Source: Octopus sinensis (lineage: Eukaryota). Taken from it: a DNA stretch of 64,000 nucleotides. Location: contig NC_043002.1 in NCBI RefSeq assembly GCF_006345805.1, forward strand, positions 37,262,001 to 37,326,000. Reading direction: 5' to 3'. The notes beneath the pieces are model-generated. The model searched no databases. It was given only the letters and a program-made list of their open reading frames with translations, and was not told the origin of the DNA. Numbering within the stretch: position 1 is the stretch's first letter; each line of letters starts with the position of its first letter. Shown here piece after piece: positions 51,600-64,000 of the stretch. Both the position numbers and the translations under genes were made by a program.

Positions 51600-52200
51600 T
51601 ACCAGAAATAAACTAGTGTAATTCATAGCAGCAAAACTTTCAATACTAACCCCCTGAAAAAATGCCATTAGAAACTTCTGAAGAGCAATTTAATAGCACC
51701 AACATCAATTGAAGCTCAGTCTCATATATGCTAGGTGGCCCACAGATTCATCTATAAACATTGTTTTGTGAACCCTAAAACGCAACAAAAAGCAATTTTC
51801 ATATAACAAAATATTTTGTGGCCTGAATTAAACATACCTGTTTACATAGATACTTCCATGTATGACTGAACCCTGGATGATAATATAATTTCTACATCAT
51901 GCCAAACAAAATCTCCCCACAATAGCTTTCTATCAACCCACACCCTGCAAACACATACTCCTCTTCATCCTCCTCTATTTCCTTTTTTAAACATCTGCTT
52001 CCCAGAACTATGAGGATCATACCTAATTATTATTTTACTTTACTCCACCCTACACTTCCACCCTGAAAGAAAACTTGCCAAAGACTACATAGAACCAAAA
52101 AGAACTTTAGTACAACACAGTCTGATGAAGGCAAGCAATCTAAACCTTCGAAGTTACTATGAGCTGTTTTCTTGTAAATGTTTAATAAACATGTACTCTA
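51600..52200 (+). mobile_element. Possible highly decayed Penelope-like remnant ending in a hammerhead relic
   Basis: ACAG-T-CTGATGA-AGG...CCT-TCGAAG...CTGT at 52117-52167, followed by AATAAA; upstream RT similarity is only suggestive. Confidence 0.3.
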
Positions 52201-52380
52201 CTAAAAAGTATTGAGTAATCTTTTTGTTACTGTTGCTTTGTTTTTATATAAAACTTAACAAAAAGCAAACATTAATATATATATATACTTGTGTGTAAAT
52301 ATGTATATTTACGTAATATATCAATAGGTGAATGTTTGAGTGTATGTCTGTATATATAAATATAAGTATGTATATGTATT

Positions 52381-52411
<31 letters not shown>

Positions 52412-54289
52412 GTATATAACTATGTATATATATATATATCACAGACACACACATATTCACACACTTACAGACACATATAAATTAGTAACTTGGAGATTTC
52501 ATTTTATATTAAAATTTTTTAAATGTAGCACAAATATGTTTTATATTTTAAATATAGTCATTAATATTGTTTAAACAATAAAAATTCGAAATTTGTTGTT
52601 TATAGTCATTTTTCAAAATTTATGTCTAAATTTATATTCTTCACGAGACCATATAAAAATAGATTCAGAGAATATCTTTAAAGTGATATGTTGTTTTATT
52701 TTGAAGTAGAATCATCAAAAGGACTTGAAGGTATTTAGTAAAAGTTATATGTACTTGTAACTGATACTTTTTTTTAGTATACTGATGCAAAGGAACCCTA
52801 CATAAAAGTCAATTATAGCTCTATCTTACAGGAATTTCTCACTCAATACTGAAATAATATTAGTCATTGAGTAACATATTTTGTTTAATATTTAATATTG
52901 AGTAAACTTTTCAATGCTGATGAGATCTAACACACTGAAACATTTCCCTAGTTGTCTCTCTTGCCTGAAATGAAGATCAGACTTTTTTTTACTTTCAGAG
53001 ATTAATTCTTAAATTTTAAAAAATTATCTCCCCTTTTCTTGAGAGTCACTGACAGCTACTTTTAAGTTTGCTTTTTCTTTCTTGAACTGAGTGGGAAAGT
53101 TTAATTAAGAATTTTTGCATATCACATTTAGTACATAGTTTTTTTAAGTTTGTTTATCCAAATTCATGCTGTTGGTCCATTTGAATTATTTCTCTTAGTT
53201 CAGTTTATTTACTTAATTCTACATATATATTTATAGTTAGCTTTTTTAAGGTACCTGACATGATATACGTTAAAATTTACTTCAAAATAACCAAAAATAA
53301 CTTTGCAATAATCATGTTAAAGACATTGATCCAAACTCATTTGATCATTCTGACCTCTAAATATCATTTTACCTTGGTTTATTTTGTTTAGACATCTTTT
53401 TTCTGGATCCTTTCTAATAATTAATCAAATGACATTAATTTGTAAGCTAGAATTGAACTTTATTTTTCAGCTTTATAATTTTGCCATGTCTTCTCACAAA
53501 CCAAAACATTTTAAATATTTTCATATGGTATAAAATTGAAACATACATGCTGCAATTTAGGCAAAGGTTTCAAGACTTCATTAGATGTAAATCTGGCATA
53601 AGATATGTTTGAAGTTAAGTAATATTGGTAATATTTTATTTGGGATGAAAGGAAACTGGCTCTTTTGCTGTATCTTTTGAAGGTTTAATTTTATATTTCC
53701 CTCCTATCTCATTAGAATTAGATCCTCTGAGAGGCTTTGCTAACAGCTCAATCTTAAATGTAGAAAAAGAAACTGTAATGCTATCTTCTGTTTAACTCAT
53801 TATATTATTTGGCAAAACTAACTTGATGTACCAAACGAACTTCTATGAATCAATAAAAGCAGTTTTAGATTTTGCTGCAATAAACTACCTTTCATTGAAA
53901 TTTATTCTTATTATTTTAGGATTTTGCATTTTCACATTTTATTCACATGCCTTCATTAGTGTTCATTCTACTTTTTATTTTGCTTGGCTCAGAAGGAAGA
54001 AGCTATGCCAATGGCCTTTGTAGGTCCTCTAAGAAATCTAAGTTTTAGATATTGGTATCTAAAGAAGGGTAAAGGGTGTGGATACACCACAATTACATGA
54101 TAATCCCCTGCCTAGAGCCTGGTCTGAATTCTTACAATAGAGCAAACTCTTCTAAAGACACCCATGGAGCAGGTGTAGATATAAAAGAGGGTGGCATGAT
54201 GTACCTATCATCCAGTGTTTGGTTTTCTCATAGGCATTTGGAAGATGTACAAGCTGTAACTTTAACAAATACATTTTCCTAAACAGTCT

Positions 54290-54630
54290 GATTATGGCTC
54301 AGTGGTTAGAGTGTCAGGCACACAATCATGAAGTAGTGAGTTCGATTCCTGGTTTGGGCTGTGCGTTGTGTTCTTGAGCAAGACACTTTATTTCATGTTG
54401 CTCAAGTTAACTCATCTGTAGAAATGAGTTGTGATGTCACTAGTGCCAAGCTGTAGCAGCTTTTGCTTTTCTCTTGGATAACATTGGTGGCATGGACAAT
54501 GGGGACTGGTGTGCATGGGTAACTGCTGGTCTCTTATAAACAACCTTGCACAAACTTGTGTCTTGGATGGAAACTTCTAAGTGCAATTCCATTGTCATTC
54601 ACGACTGAAGGGGGTCTTTACTCTTTTATC
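54290..54630 (+). mobile_element. SINE family D with a different tail
   Basis: TGGCTCAGTGGTTAGAGTG...GAGTTCGATTCC...GTTCTTGAGCAAGACACTTTATTTCA. Confidence 0.8.
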
Positions 54631-55044
54631 TGATTTCTAATATCTCGATTCATTATGTTAATACTAAAATAACAAAACCAAAACAAAAAAAAAGACTTGT
54701 TTGGAGACATTGTAACACTACTACCTCTTTAATTTAAATGCTTTGAGTGTGAACTGATCTAATTGCTTATGTCTATCACGGTTGCTTTTGCTTATCTTTG
54801 TTTTTTATCATATATGCAATTATTTGTGCTAGATGTGCTGCACACGACCATTGAGGGACCTAAACTATTCAGTTTTCTTTGCATTTGTTAAAGCTGATAG
54901 ATTCAATTATTTCAACCAAAATTGGAAGCCAAATCTGTGTGTATTTAGATGTTATGACCCAACCAATAAAATAACTCTGAAAGGTGTGCATTACAAATTC
55001 TTAAACTATATTGCAGAAATGGCTAAGATACTTTATTGCATGAT

Positions 55045-55960
55045 ATAGACAATAGAATGCTTGTACAGAAGAGCAAGAACAAGGTGCTACATAGTATGGC
55101 AGTGACAAGAGAAGTGTTATATAGTGTAGCAGTGACATTAGAAGTATTACACAGTATGCCAGAGATAATAGAAGTGATAGAGTGTATGGTATTGACAATA
55201 GAAGTGTAACACTGTATGGCAGTGACAATATATATATGTTACATAGTATGGCATTAACAATAAGTATTACAGAGTACAGCAGCGACAATAGGAGTGTTAT
55301 ACTGTTTGGCAGTGACAACAGAAGTGATATATTTGGTAGCAGAGAGAAAAAAGGGAAATACAAGTGGCAGAGATGATAAAAGTTTTATTCTGTGCAGCAG
55401 AGACAATAGAAGTGTTACACTGCATGGTCAAGATAATCAAAGTAATATTCTGTATGACAGGGAGAGTAGAAATGCTACACAGTATGGCAGTGATAAGAGA
55501 AGTATTACTCTGTGTAGTAGACAAAAGATGTGTTGTACTGTATGGCAGAGACAATGGACATCTTACACTATAAAGCAGAAAAAAATAAGTGTTGTACCTT
55601 ATGGCATAGAGAATAGATGTGTTATATTGTGTAGAAGAAAAAATGGAATTGTTACACTGCAGAGTAGATATAAAAGTTATGCTGTGTAGCTGGAGTAATA
55701 GAAGTACATTTTTGTATAGTGTATGGGAAAAAAAATAGATGTATTACTTATGGTTTTGAAAGCAGAAATGTTGTCATATGACAAATAAAGTAGAAAGCTA
55801 TCACATACAGGGAAAGTGCTATATGATACTACATGGTAGAATCATGCTGTATGGTAGAAGTAGTACTGAAGTACTGTAATGTGAGAGTAGAAATATCGTA
55901 CTGTATGACAAAGAAAGCAGAAATGCCATACCGTATTAGAGAAACAGGAGAAGCTGTGAT
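55045..55960. repeat. Degenerate 30-bp minisatellite, roughly 25-30 units
   Basis: Consensus GACAATAGAAGTGTTACACTGTATGGCAGT. Confidence 0.85.
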
Positions 55961-56715
55961 GCATTTGTAAAAATGTAAGATGAATATGAAATTTTGGAAG
56001 TCCAAAATTACTCACACTTCCTGTCATTCTCTTTCTCATTTGATATATAAAGATACATAAAAATAGATAGATATATGTATGTGTGTGTGCTTTTCTATAT
56101 CCTGATACTATAAGTAAAATTCAAAAAATGGTATTCTTCTATTGAAACAGTCACATCAGACTGAATAAAAAAAAATATGTAAAATTTCTCAGTGCACTCC
56201 ATATAGTGGTTAGGGTGTTACCCTCCCAACAACAAAATTGTGATTTCAGTTCCAGGCTTCAGTTTATTTGATGAATTGTGTTCTTGAGCAAAACACTTCA
56301 TTTCATATTGCTTCAAGTCCACTTAGCTGTGACTGAATATCCCTGCAAAAGACTCATGTCCTTTTCATGAGAAATGTTGTGATTTTGGCCATTTATACAC
56401 CATGGAAACTGAGTAATCAGCTCTATGAGCCCAAGGATTTGAGACAATAATATGAAAAATCTTTGCTCAATATAACAAACAGTCAAATTTCCTCAGTCAA
56501 CTCCTTATATTTAAAATATTGGTTACATATTTGTGCCATAAATGTTTGGACAATTTTCTTGCCTACAAATAAAAGTACAGGTAGGTATCTCTGGAATGTC
56601 AATCTAAATTAATATATTTAATAGTGATGCGAATGCTAACATGTATAATATGGTAAGCATGCTACCTTTAAAGAATTGAATTCATAACCATATCAAAAGG
56701 AAGTGAATATTATTG

Positions 56716-56920
56716 ATTTCAAATTTTGGCACAAGGCCAGTAATTTGAGAGAAGTAAGTAGGTCAGTCACATCAACTCAATTGGTATTTATCTTTATTGA
56801 TCACGAAAGGATGAAAGGTAAAGTCAGCCTCAGTGGAATTTGAACTCAGAATGTAAAGACATGAAATGCCACTAAGCATTTTGCCCAGCATGATAACCAC
56901 TCTGCCAGTTTGCCACCTAC
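56716..56920 (-). mobile_element. SINE family A with 16-bp TSD
   Basis: GAAGTGAATATTATTG at 56700 and 56921. Confidence 0.85.
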
Positions 56921-57189
56921 GAAGTGAATATTATTGGATAATGGTCAAGTGAACTAATCAAAGACAACAGAGACAATCTAAATAAAAACAACTGGAAATG
57001 GATTGATGCACCAGATTCCAAATTAAAACTGGACATTGAAAGTGAAAGGGAAGAAATGGAAGAATAGTCTGTTCTACAGGAGACATAATGACAACTTTGG
57101 ACATGTTTCAATCTTACTAAGACCCTCCTCAGTGAAGCTTAATGCTTCAGGTTTACCAGACATACAAAGAAAAAGCAGTATATTTACTT

Positions 57190-57555
57190 TGTACCTTTAA
57201 CTCATTTCAGTCACTGGACTGTGGCCATGTTGGGGCATCATCTTGAAGGGGATAGCTGGACAAATTGACACTAGTTATAGGGACATAAACAAATTATAGG
57301 GGTGTAAACAAATTATAGGGATGTAATTAAAACAACACTAGTTGTCAAGTGGAGGGGGACAAACACAAACCTATGCACACACAGACATGTATATATGACA
57401 AGTTTCCATACAGTTTCCATTTCCCAAATTCCCTCACAAGGTATTGGTTGACCCTGGAGCAAAACAAGACGCTTTCCCTAAGCATCAAGCAGTGGTATAG
57501 AACCTGAAACCATGTGATTGCAAAGTGAACATCTTAATCACACAGCCATGCCTGT
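57190..57555 (-). mobile_element. SINE family B, diverged
   Basis: TTTCAGTCACTGGACTGTGGCCATG...TTAATCACACAGCCATGCCTG. Confidence 0.75.
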
Positions 57556-58105
57556 TTCTATATGTAATATATACCAATGCTCTTATGACTTGTAGAATCA
57601 AGAGAAATAACCCAGGGATATCATCTGCATAGTAAGTAGATAGTAAAGTAAGGGCTAAAACCCTAAGTGTGGCAAACATGCTATCATTAATTAATTTATT
57701 TCTTTATTACCCACAGGAGGTTAAACATAGAGGAGACAAACAAGGTCAGACAAACCTTTCATAACTTTGGGTGCACGAGTATTTCAAAATACCTCACAGA
57801 ATGACACCTGTGCCCAGGATAGTTACAGGCTGCCCTTTGGCATTCACCCTACCAGAGATATGGTGAAGTTATGGCAGATTGTGAAGAGGTAGTAGAAGAG
57901 CTCAGTTGAGCCAAAAGCACTTTGTACATTGATGCTGAGTGGAGAAATCCTTGAAGATCAATGGTCAGGATCACCAGACTTTATCAAGACAGTAACTGCA
58001 ATTCATCCATAGGGGTTGTGTCCATGGTTGTATAATCAGCTAATGGGCTAATGAAAGATTCACTATGACTCAAGCTCCCAATTCAAATTCCTAATAATGG
58101 AAGTA

Positions 58106-58672
58106 TTGGGTTGTCCAGAAAGTTTGTGCCAATTTATAGTAGCTTACCTTTCGACTTATATTAGAACATGGTTGAGTCCATAAAATAGGATTTGACTACA
58201 CCTCCATTTAGAGCACAGTTTAAGCTATCTTTTCATGGAAGAATGTTTATGTTCCTATAACCTGTGTTAATTCTGTGTACCCTTTAAAATGGAAGATAAG
58301 AATGTTAATTTTCGGCACTTGATGTTTTGGGAACCAGACAAAAATTGTTGCAGCTCAGCTGAAATGTGTTACCCTACCCTCCATATTCACCAGATAATGC
58401 TCCTTCAGATTTCCACTTATTCAGGTCTCTGCAGAATAGTCTTAATGGTAAAAATTTCATTTCCTTGGATGACGTAAAAAGATACCTTGATGAATTCTTT
58501 GCCATGAAACAACCTCAATTCTGGGAAGAGGGTATTTTCAAGTTAAAGGAAAGATAGAGACACATAGTGCAACAAAATGGATTATATTTGGTTGATTAAA
58601 AATATAATGGCAAGTATTTATTGACCTTTTTCTTTCCTTTAAAAATCGGCACAAACTTTCCGGACAACCCAA
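58106..58672 (+). mobile_element. mariner internal-deletion derivative
   Basis: TA|TTGGGTTGTCCAGAAAGTTTGTGCC ... GGCACAAACTTTCCGGACAACCCAA|TA; MEDKNVNFRHLM joined to LPYPPYSPDNAPSDFHLFRSLQNSLNGK. Confidence 0.92.
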
Positions 58673-58882
58673 TAGATAGTGAAAGTAAGTCATGGGAATC
58701 CATGAAAGCAGTGAAAAGAAATAATTCATAGGTATTTAAACTGTATATATTATACAAATTAACCAGCTAGAGATATTTCTTTACTGATACTATTTTATCA
58801 ATTTATACTATTTTGATGGAGAATTTTCCGATAATTTTTTTTAGAGAAATACTAATAATTTAGAAGAAAATAAAAAATGATC

Positions 58883-59285
58883 AGACATGGTCGTGTGGTT
58901 AAGAAGCTTGCTTCACAACCATATGGTTCAGGGTTCAGTACCACTGTGTAGCACTTTTGGCAAATGTCTTTTGTTATAACACCAGGTTGATCAGTGACTT
59001 GTGAATGAATTTGGTAGAAGGAAACTACGTGGATGCCCATTGTATATGTATGTGTGTGCTTGTGCAAGTGTGTTGTGTGTGTATCTTTGTGTTTTTCTCT
59101 AGCCCACCACTTGCCGGTTTGTTTACCGCTCTATAGCATAACAGTTCACCAAAGAGACTTATAAAAAGAAATATACCAGACTTAAAAGTAAGTACTGGGG
59201 TTGATTTCTTTGACTAAAACACTTCAAGGCAGTGCCCCAGCATGGTTGCAGTCCAGTAACTGAAACAAGTAAAAGATGAAAGATA
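58883..59285 (+). mobile_element. SINE family B, full length
   Basis: CATGGTCGTGTGGTTAAGAAGCTTGC ... ACTGAAACAAGTAAAAGA. Confidence 0.85.
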
Positions 59286-59969
59286 GAGGTTGAGGTGGAA
59301 GTTTGTTTTGATAAAAGCAACTGGTACTCAATGACTTGATCATGGAGAAGCAAAAGACAAAGTTGATCTAGATAATATCTAAACATAAAACTGCAAAATA
59401 TGAACTAATGAACATATCTGAACTAAACGGACAATTATGTTTGGCACATACAATAATAGGTAAGTTATGCATCACTTATCTAAAGATATATATAAAGTGA
59501 ACTTATATTTCTCTTTATGTCAGATGTAATATCATGAATGCGAATGTCATTCAGATACCAAAATCAATGTGTACAGTTCAGCATTATCTTATACAGTTTT
59601 GATTTTCAGAACACTATACTACCTTATATGTCTTTGACTGGACAGAATATCATTATTTGAGAAAATGGGAAAAAAAAAAACCAAAACAAAAAAAAAAAAA
59701 AAACCAAGGCAACCAAAAAATCTCTTTTATTTGTTTCAGTCATTGAAATGCAGCCATGTGTGTTTGTGTGTGTTCCTCCTAATCCATTGCTTGAACACTG
59801 ATGTTGGTTTATTTATGGTCTCTTAACTAAGAGACTCAGCCAAAGAAGCTGATAGAATAAATACCAGACTTCAGAGTAAGTACTGGTGGTGGGATTTCTT
59901 TGACTAAAACTTTCAAGGCTGTACTCCGACATGCCCAGAGTCCAGTGACTGAAGCAAGTAAAAGATTAA

Positions 59970-60422
59970 CCCTTTAGAGTTTAAGTTGCCCTATCAAATG
60001 TAATGCTTATATATTCACATTATTTTGAATTACTTAAAGGTGGTGAGCTGGCAGAATCGTTAGCATGCTGGATGAAATACATAGTGTTATTTTGTCCGTT
60101 GCTACGTCCTGGGTTCAAATTCCATTAAGGTCGACTTTACCTTTTCATCCTTTTGAGGTTGATAAATCAAGTTCCAGTGAGATACTGGGGGTCGATATAA
60201 TCAACTTGTCTCCTCTTCCAAATTTCAAGCCTTGTGCCCATAGTAGAAAGGATTATTTTGAATTACTCATGCATTGTCTTGTAGCTTTGAGATCTCAGTG
60301 ATGTGACTCTTCACTAGAGGAATAACATTGTAAAGTAGGTTTAAGAGGCCAGATATGGTTTGTTTGAACATAGAACAGGAAGAATATTTGGCCCAGACAT
60401 GGCTAGTTTAAATGTTAAAGAG
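59970..60422. mobile_element. piggyBac-type MITE interrupted by a SINE
   Basis: TTAA|CCCTTTAG ... TTAAAGAG|TTAA (imperfect TIR, TTAA TSD). Confidence 0.65.
60035..60251 (+). mobile_element. SINE family A nested in the MITE, 16-bp TSD
   Basis: ATTATTTTGAATTACT at 60019-60034 and 60252-60267. Confidence 0.9.
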
Positions 60423-61241
60423 TTAAAGATAGAGTATGTCCAAATACACTTTTTTGCCTTTTTGCAAGACATTAAGGTGTGATTTTAAAGAATATTTGGC
60501 TAGTGTTTCTAGCAGGTCGAGTGACCACATAAAGGCATCCTTGTTGGTTTGTTGTTTGTCTGATTCTGGATATTTAAAGAGCCTTTCCAAATCTACATCT
60601 GTCTTTCTTATATATATTTATTTGACAATTCTATTCACTATAGTTATTGCATTAAGAACTGGGGTAAAAATGATTTTAAAAAAGTAAGTTCAAAAAACAT
60701 TTCCATCATAAAAATCAATCACAGTATTTATTTATTCATTTAATTATGTATTGTCTAGAATATTTTGATCATTTAGTGGCAATATGTTTAGTTTCACAAG
60801 ACAAGCATAATTCGAAAGCAGACACCTTTAAGAAAGATTTGCTAATTATAACTCATAGTCCTGACTGAAGGGATTCTTTTGTCTTTCAATCTATTTTCTT
60901 TTTATAAAAAATGGTTTTCTAAAATACAAAAAATAATATACATAAATTACAATATCTGATAAATACTGGTTATTTTTTCTGATAATTTACAAGATCAAAT
61001 TTTGTGAGGTAGAGTATTTATCTGTTTCAATTATCATCGTCATCATCATCCTCATCTTTTAATGTCTACTTTTCCGTGTATGCATGGGTCAAACAGAATT
61101 TGTTGAGCTACATCTTATTCACACCTTTCCTGTTGCTAACCCTTGCCTATTTCCAAACAAGGTAATATTTCCCCATGGCAGAGAGTTTTATCATGGATGA
61201 CTGGAAATAAACAACAAAGCTTGTACAACAATGATGCTCAT

Positions 61242-61670
61242 AGGTGCACGAGTGGCTGTGTGGTAAGTAGCTTGCTTACCAACCATATGGTTCCAGGTTC
61301 AGTCCCACTGCGAGGCACCTTGGGAAAGTGTCTTCTACTATAGCCTCGGGCCGACCAAAGCCTTGTGAGTGGATTTGGTAGACAGAAACAGAAAGAAGCC
61401 CATGGTATATATGTATATATATGTGTGTGTGTTTATGTGTCTGTGTTTGTCCCCCCCACCCACCCAACACACCAGCAACACACCAGCATCATTTGACAAC
61501 TGATGCTGGTGTGTTTACATCCCCGTAACTTAGTAGTTTAGCAAAAAGTGGCCAATAGAATAGTACTAGGCTTACAAAGAATAATTCCTAGGGTCGATTT
61601 CCTTGACTAAAGGTGGTGCTCCAGCATGGCCACAGTCAAATGACTGAAACAAGTAAAGAGAAAGAGAGAA
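61242..61670 (+). mobile_element. SINE family B, full length
   Basis: GAGTGGCTGTGTGGTAAGTAGCTTGCTTACC ... GACTGAAACAAGTAAAG. Confidence 0.9.
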
Positions 61671-62579
61671 GAGATTTGTAATCCTCACATGATGTTACAA
61701 GGGTTATTATCAAAATACAGTTGCTTGATTTTAAAGACTTATCGAAGGATGAAAGGAAAATCTGGCCGTGCTGAAATGTTAGTTTAGAATGTAAAAAGAG
61801 GCAACCGATGCTGAAGGTATTTGATGAGGGAACCTCTATGTGGTTGTTCAGTCTGCTAAAGATAGAAGTCAATTTCCCTCAAATTACACCCTGATCTTCT
61901 TTAAAAATATAGTTCAGATTAGATGATGTAATTCTAAATACATGATTCATCCATTCATCACCATTATTATTTTATGTCTGCTTTTCTAGTCTGGCATGGG
62001 TGCAGCAGGTTTTTGAAGCAACAATTTAATTGGATGCCCTTCTTGTGAACCTTATTAATTACTTCTTCTGGCATGCAGGAATGTGGTGTAAATATTCTAA
62101 AACTAGAATATGCACAGTATGCAGTGTTAAGTACATTATGACTGAAAAAATTCAGAGAGGATTATCAATGCTGGAATGCCCTTGATCATGTTTGATTAGT
62201 TAGTGCTAAGCCTGTGGCTAAACTACAAGGATGATGACCATATCAGTTAAATATTGAAGTATGTATGTATGTATGTATGTATGTATGTATGTATGTGTGT
62301 ATGTATGTATGTCATTATTCAGTTTTATTTCAAGATTTCTTGCCAATAGAGGAAGAGCTGGTCTCCAACTTAGATTCAGGGCTCCTTCATCGGAATTTCA
62401 ACATCAACAGCAGGGTATTTTTGTTTGTATGTATGCATACATGCAGATTAGTATGTTTTTTTTAATGTATGTATTCTCATGCATATAGTTGCATATATAG
62501 ACATAATCATATGTATCTAAATGATAAACTTCTGGAAAGTTTTACAGATTTTTACAGTTCCGGTGATGGATTGGATCTG

Positions 62580-62790
62580 TAGAAATCATTAGCAATGTCT
62601 TCCCACTTTTTTAATGTTCATGTGGAGAAACTTCATGTCACTCTTGCAAACATCATTGAAAAGAAGATGAAGGTTCTCCTTGTGACTTTTTACAGGATGC
62701 CAGCTCACATATAATAGGTACAAATAGCTGGGTACATGACCCAACCAATGGAGGCATCATTGTTGCAGTTGGATAAGAAAGCTGAGATAA
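62580..62790 (-). mobile_element. RTE (BovB-like) LINE fragment, decayed
   Basis: Minus strand LQQ*CLHWLGHV...ELASCKKSQGEP.LLFNDVCKSDMK...KWEDIAND. Confidence 0.7.
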
Positions 62791-64000
62791 TGAATAATAA
62801 GGAATAATTTTCCTGTATATTGTTACTTTAAATGATACAGTATTTATAATATTTCTCACTAATTTTGTTGTGCCCAGTACAGAAATGTATTCCCTGTCAT
62901 AATCCATATATTTAAAGTTTTCTGCCATTTTAAATATAACCACAAGATTTTAAGATCTCTATGAAATCTCATTCTAAATGTCAGTCGGTCAGTTTTCATC
63001 AGACTATCTACATTTCTAAAATTTTCAAAAATGATTTATCATTCTGATAGCTCATCACTTCATATATTTCCAGTCTATCTACACTGAAGCCATTTATCAT
63101 CTTGACAGCTTCTCTTTCTGTACATTCCATTCTATTCACGTTTTATTTTGTCTATGTCATCTCCAGGATTTCTCGTGATATTTAAAATTACATTTATTAA
63201 ACTTAGATAAAATCTGTTGATTTTAGATTTGGCTTATGTTGTATTTTGTGTTGTAAAAACATATTTGAAGATGAGCCTCTCAATCCTTTACATTTTATTG
63301 TTGAAAAGGCAGTTATATGAAACACCTTAATTGAAGGTGAGAGATATCTGAAGTTGATATTTATTTATTGATAATGGGAGCTGTATTAAACTTATGAAAA
63401 CCTGGCATTTAAGACCAAGACTGACAGAGAAATTTCCTAATGATCAAGTGGGAAGTGACAATGACTCAAAGCCAACCAATTAAATATAAAATGCAAGGAT
63501 ATAAATGTGTCAACATATTTGAAGCAGAATGTTTAATGTTTTTCTCTTCTTTTTTGTTTTCTATCCCAACATTTCTATACTACCAAAAAAAGAAGCATTT
63601 TCATAAGATGGTTCTGCATGTGACATACATGGCATGCAGTAACCTTTCCAAGACACAATCTAACAAACCTCTTTGAGCTGGGAAATAAATGGAATCCCTG
63701 GTGTGTGTGTCTTGTGACTACCCCCTCCTAAGAAAATAAGGAGTCGGCCTGGATATATATAAAAAATGATCATCAAAAAACAGAAGGTAGAATTAACTTT
63801 ATTCAAGAGAGATTTCAACCCATTTTTGTAAGCTGTACATCAGGAGTTCACTGGTTGCCTAATGTCTCCCAGTTACTTGTATTATATGAAGTAATCAGAC
63901 CAGATGCTCTGATATTTTACTGAAGATGTTTTGCAGTTTACTCTATTTTTATTGTCCTACCTCAATAAAGAGCAGATACATTGATGATAATAGCTGAAAG

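Overview
AT-rich, microsatellite-dense animal DNA, most likely an octopus (coleoid cephalopod) intron or intergenic region; the taxon is inferred from recalled octopus SINE families, not from a search. There is no complete protein-coding gene, and most ORFs in the track are simple-repeat artefacts. The window is a transposon graveyard: four SINE-like families (labelled A-D here), CR1, RTE and R4/Dong LINE fragments, Tc1, mariner and DD41D-like relics, and hAT and piggyBac MITEs. Two low-confidence exon candidates lie on the + strand. The standout is a near-identical ~593-bp x 3.65 tandem array (27807-29967) sitting in a (TA)n tract. Each unit carries an intact type I hammerhead ribozyme with a palindromic stem III and an unusually long stem II, so the array looks like a retrozyme or Penelope pseudo-LTR array able to release ~593-nt monomer or circular RNAs. 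A second intact minimal hammerhead (24063-24105) lies in an inverted Penelope-like mini-element, and several decayed hammerheads occur elsewhere. Boundaries of degenerate repeats are approximate.
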